From contig LCKC01000003.1 of assembly GCA_001001185.1 (NCBI GenBank), positions 1 through 32,000 on the forward strand: 32,000 bases of DNA. The letters run 5' to 3'. Positions within the stretch are counted from its first letter, which is position 1. Every line of letters starts with the position of its first letter. Positions 30,966 through 32,000 of this stretch are shown here, in pieces. The notes beneath the pieces were generated by a model that was given only the letters and a program-made list of their open reading frames with translations, ran no database searches and was not told the origin of the DNA. The DNA comes from Parcubacteria group bacterium GW2011_GWB1_45_10. GTDB lineage: Bacteria > Patescibacteriota > Minisyncoccia > UBA6257 > Brennerbacteraceae. The translations under genes and the position numbers were made by a program.

Positions 30966-30971
30966 ATCTTA
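30966..30971 (-). promoter_or_regulatory. -10-like box TAAGAT, 7 nt upstream of the wzx ATG
   Basis: Minus strand reads TAAGAT AAAAAAG ATG. The -35 is weak. Confidence 0.3.
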
Positions 30972-30988
30972 TATTAAAGTTAGGGGAT

Positions 30989-31717
30989 ATGGAAGAAAAA
31001 ATACCCGAAGTTCTTCGGGAAAAAAAGCGCGATTGGCTCCTGCCGGTCTCCATCTTGGTCGCCGCCGTTTTAGTTTCCGGTTCGCTTTTCTACAGCGCGG
31101 GCAAAGGAACTTCGCAAAAAGCCGCTTCTCTCACGCCACCCGAGGATTCAGCGCCGTCCTTAGGGAACATTAGGCCCGTTTCCGGCGATGACCACATTCT
31201 GGGGAGCTTGAGTGCGCCCGTAAAAATCGTTGAATATTCGGACCTAGAGTGCCCTTTCTGCAAGAGGTTCCATCCGGTGATGCAGCAGGTTTTGCAGACC
31301 TACGGCGACAAGGTGGCTTGGGTTTATCGCCATCTGCCGCTCGATAATCTTCATTCTAAAGCAAGGAAAGAAGCCGAAGCCACGGAATGTGCGGCTGAAC
31401 TTGGCGGCAATAACGCCTTTTGGGCTTACGTTGATAAAGTTTTTGAGATTACGCCTTCCAACAACGGTTTGGACTTGACTCTTCTGCCGAAAATCTCAAA
31501 AGAAATCGGTCTTGATGAGGCAAAATTCACCGCATGTTTGGAAAGCGGCAAGTACGCTTCAAAAATTGAGAGCGATTTGGAAGATGCCGCAAGGGCCGGC
31601 GCGAGAGGAACGCCCTACTCTTTGATTTTGGGTACAGATGATGAAATGGGAGTCATCCCTGGCGCTCTGCCTTTTGAACAGGTTAAACTCTTAATTGACG
31701 GCGTTTTAGGTTCTTAA
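30989..31717 (+). CDS. DsbA-family thiol:disulfide oxidoreductase (thioredoxin fold) with an N-terminal membrane anchor
   Basis: CPFC active site (LECPFCKRFHP), an N-terminal TM helix, and the ATG at 30989 preceded by AGGGG. Confidence 0.8.
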   Translation: MEEKIPEVLREKKRDWLLPVSILVAAVLVSGSLFYSAGKGTSQKAASLTPPEDSAPSLGNIRPVSGDDHILGSLSAPVKIVEYSDLECPFCKRFHPVMQQVLQTYGDKVAWVYRHLPLDNLHSKARKEAEATECAAELGGNNAFWAYVDKVFEITPSNNGLDLTLLPKISKEIGLDEAKFTACLESGKYASKIESDLEDAARAGARGTPYSLILGTDDEMGVIPGALPFEQVKLLIDGVLGS

Positions 31718-31718
31718 A

Positions 31719-31883
31719 ATGCACTGGTTTCAATGGGCAATCGTAGTTTTGGGCGTTTGGCTTTTTATCTCGCCCTGGGTTTTGGGCTACGCGAGCATTA
31801 ATCTGATGCTTTGGAATAATTTAATCATCGGGGGCTTGGTCATCATTTTCGCCCTCTGGAATTCTACGTCGCCCGAGGCATAA
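31719..31883 (+). CDS. SPW-repeat small membrane protein (54 aa; absent from the ORF track)
   Basis: My translation is MHWFQWAIVVLGVWLFISPWVLGYASINLMLWNNLIIGGLVIIFALWNSTSPEA. It has two TM helices and an SPW motif, and starts 1 nt after the dsbA-like stop. Confidence 0.6.
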   Translation: MHWFQWAIVVLGVWLFISPWVLGYASINLMLWNNLIIGGLVIIFALWNSTSPEA

Positions 31884-31890
31884 TATATTC

Positions 31891-32000
31891 ATGGCCAAAG
31901 TAAAAATTTATACAACCCCGAGTTGCGTCTACTGCCGGATGGCCAAGGATTATTTCAAGAAAGCTGGCGTGGAGTATGAAGAACTTGATGTTGCGCGGGA
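31891..32000 (+). CDS. Glutaredoxin/NrdH-like redoxin, 5' part (runs off the right edge)
   Basis: MAKVKIYTTPSCVYCRMAKDYFKKAGVEYEELDVAR..., the classic KIYT-x-x-x-CxxC glutaredoxin N-terminus. Confidence 0.7.
   Translation, partial: MAKVKIYTTPSCVYCRMAKDYFKKAGVEYEELDVAR

Noticed and set aside
5999-30989. ORF-track N-terminal extensions at 6988, 7799, 12344, 12531, 17815, 24920 (TTG), 27582 (GTG), 28888 (TTG) and 30953
   Set aside because: In each case a downstream ATG fits better: it gives an ATGA or short overlap with the neighbour, has an SD or -10 at the proper distance, or has a promoter located inside the extension. The extension would also overlap a divergent gene start or add non-family residues.
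1-32000. Search for CRISPR arrays, tRNA or rRNA genes, transposases, integrases and known defence-system genes
   Set aside because: There are no arrays of regularly spaced repeats; the only short repeats are the two-unit palindromes. No intergenic gap is long enough or cloverleaf-like for a tRNA. No ORF has transposase, integrase or nuclease-helicase hallmarks.

Overview
This 32-kb window is almost entirely one surface-glycan (O-antigen, S-layer glycan or capsule type) biosynthesis island. It uses the standard genetic code: TGA serves as a stop and there are several ATGA and 8-nt gene overlaps. The gene style suggests a small-genome uncultivated bacterium (CPR/Patescibacteria-like), but I cannot verify taxonomy here. 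All protein families were assigned by eye from motifs; no BLAST, HMM or Rfam search was possible.

Gene content:
- Two paralogous Wzy_C/O-antigen-ligase-like membrane proteins. One is fused to a TPR tail and the other is followed by a separate TPR-tail gene.
- A Wzx-type flippase and a PglC-like initiating phosphoglycosyl transferase.
- A PglF/CapD-like membrane dehydratase, a DegT-type sugar aminotransferase and a class I aminotransferase.
- A split transketolase pair.
- A complete GDP-D-glycero-alpha-D-manno-heptose set (gmhA, hddA, gmhB, hddC).
- A GalE-like epimerase and a nucleotide-sugar 6-dehydrogenase.
- Three GT2 and one GT4 glycosyltransferases.
- Six SAM-dependent methyltransferases.
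- A B12-binding radical SAM enzyme with a divergent P-loop kinase-like gene, a WxcM/FdtA-like cupin, a hicBA toxin-antitoxin pair and a small zinc-ribbon gene.
- At the right edge, a DsbA-like / SPW-repeat / glutaredoxin-like redox trio.

Most interesting non-obvious signals:
1. A structured sense-strand leader at 19761-19924 lies in front of the methyltransferase block. It carries a 15-nt perfect direct repeat plus the exact 12-nt inverted copy, so two helices are mutually exclusive. One of them reaches to 1 nt from the ATG. A 19-codon leaderless uORF with a Ser-Ser-Ser-Ser run reads through the first helix. This is attenuator or riboswitch-like topology, and I do not recognise the class.
2. 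A family of GGAGGT-N3-ACCTCC palindromic mini-elements (Shine-Dalgarno/anti-Shine-Dalgarno-like arms) is read in frame inside two glycan genes. One copy sits exactly at the fusion junction of the Wzy_C-TPR protein. A degenerate third copy lies in a convergent intergenic gap.
3. -10 boxes sit 6-9 nt from start codons at nine transcription-unit heads, which predicts leaderless mRNAs. The high-GC cassettes instead have long leaders with strong SD sequences.
4. The high-GC radical SAM gene has a CX6CX2C cysteine triad instead of CX3CX2C.

No rRNA, tRNA, CRISPR array, transposase or integrase was recognised.
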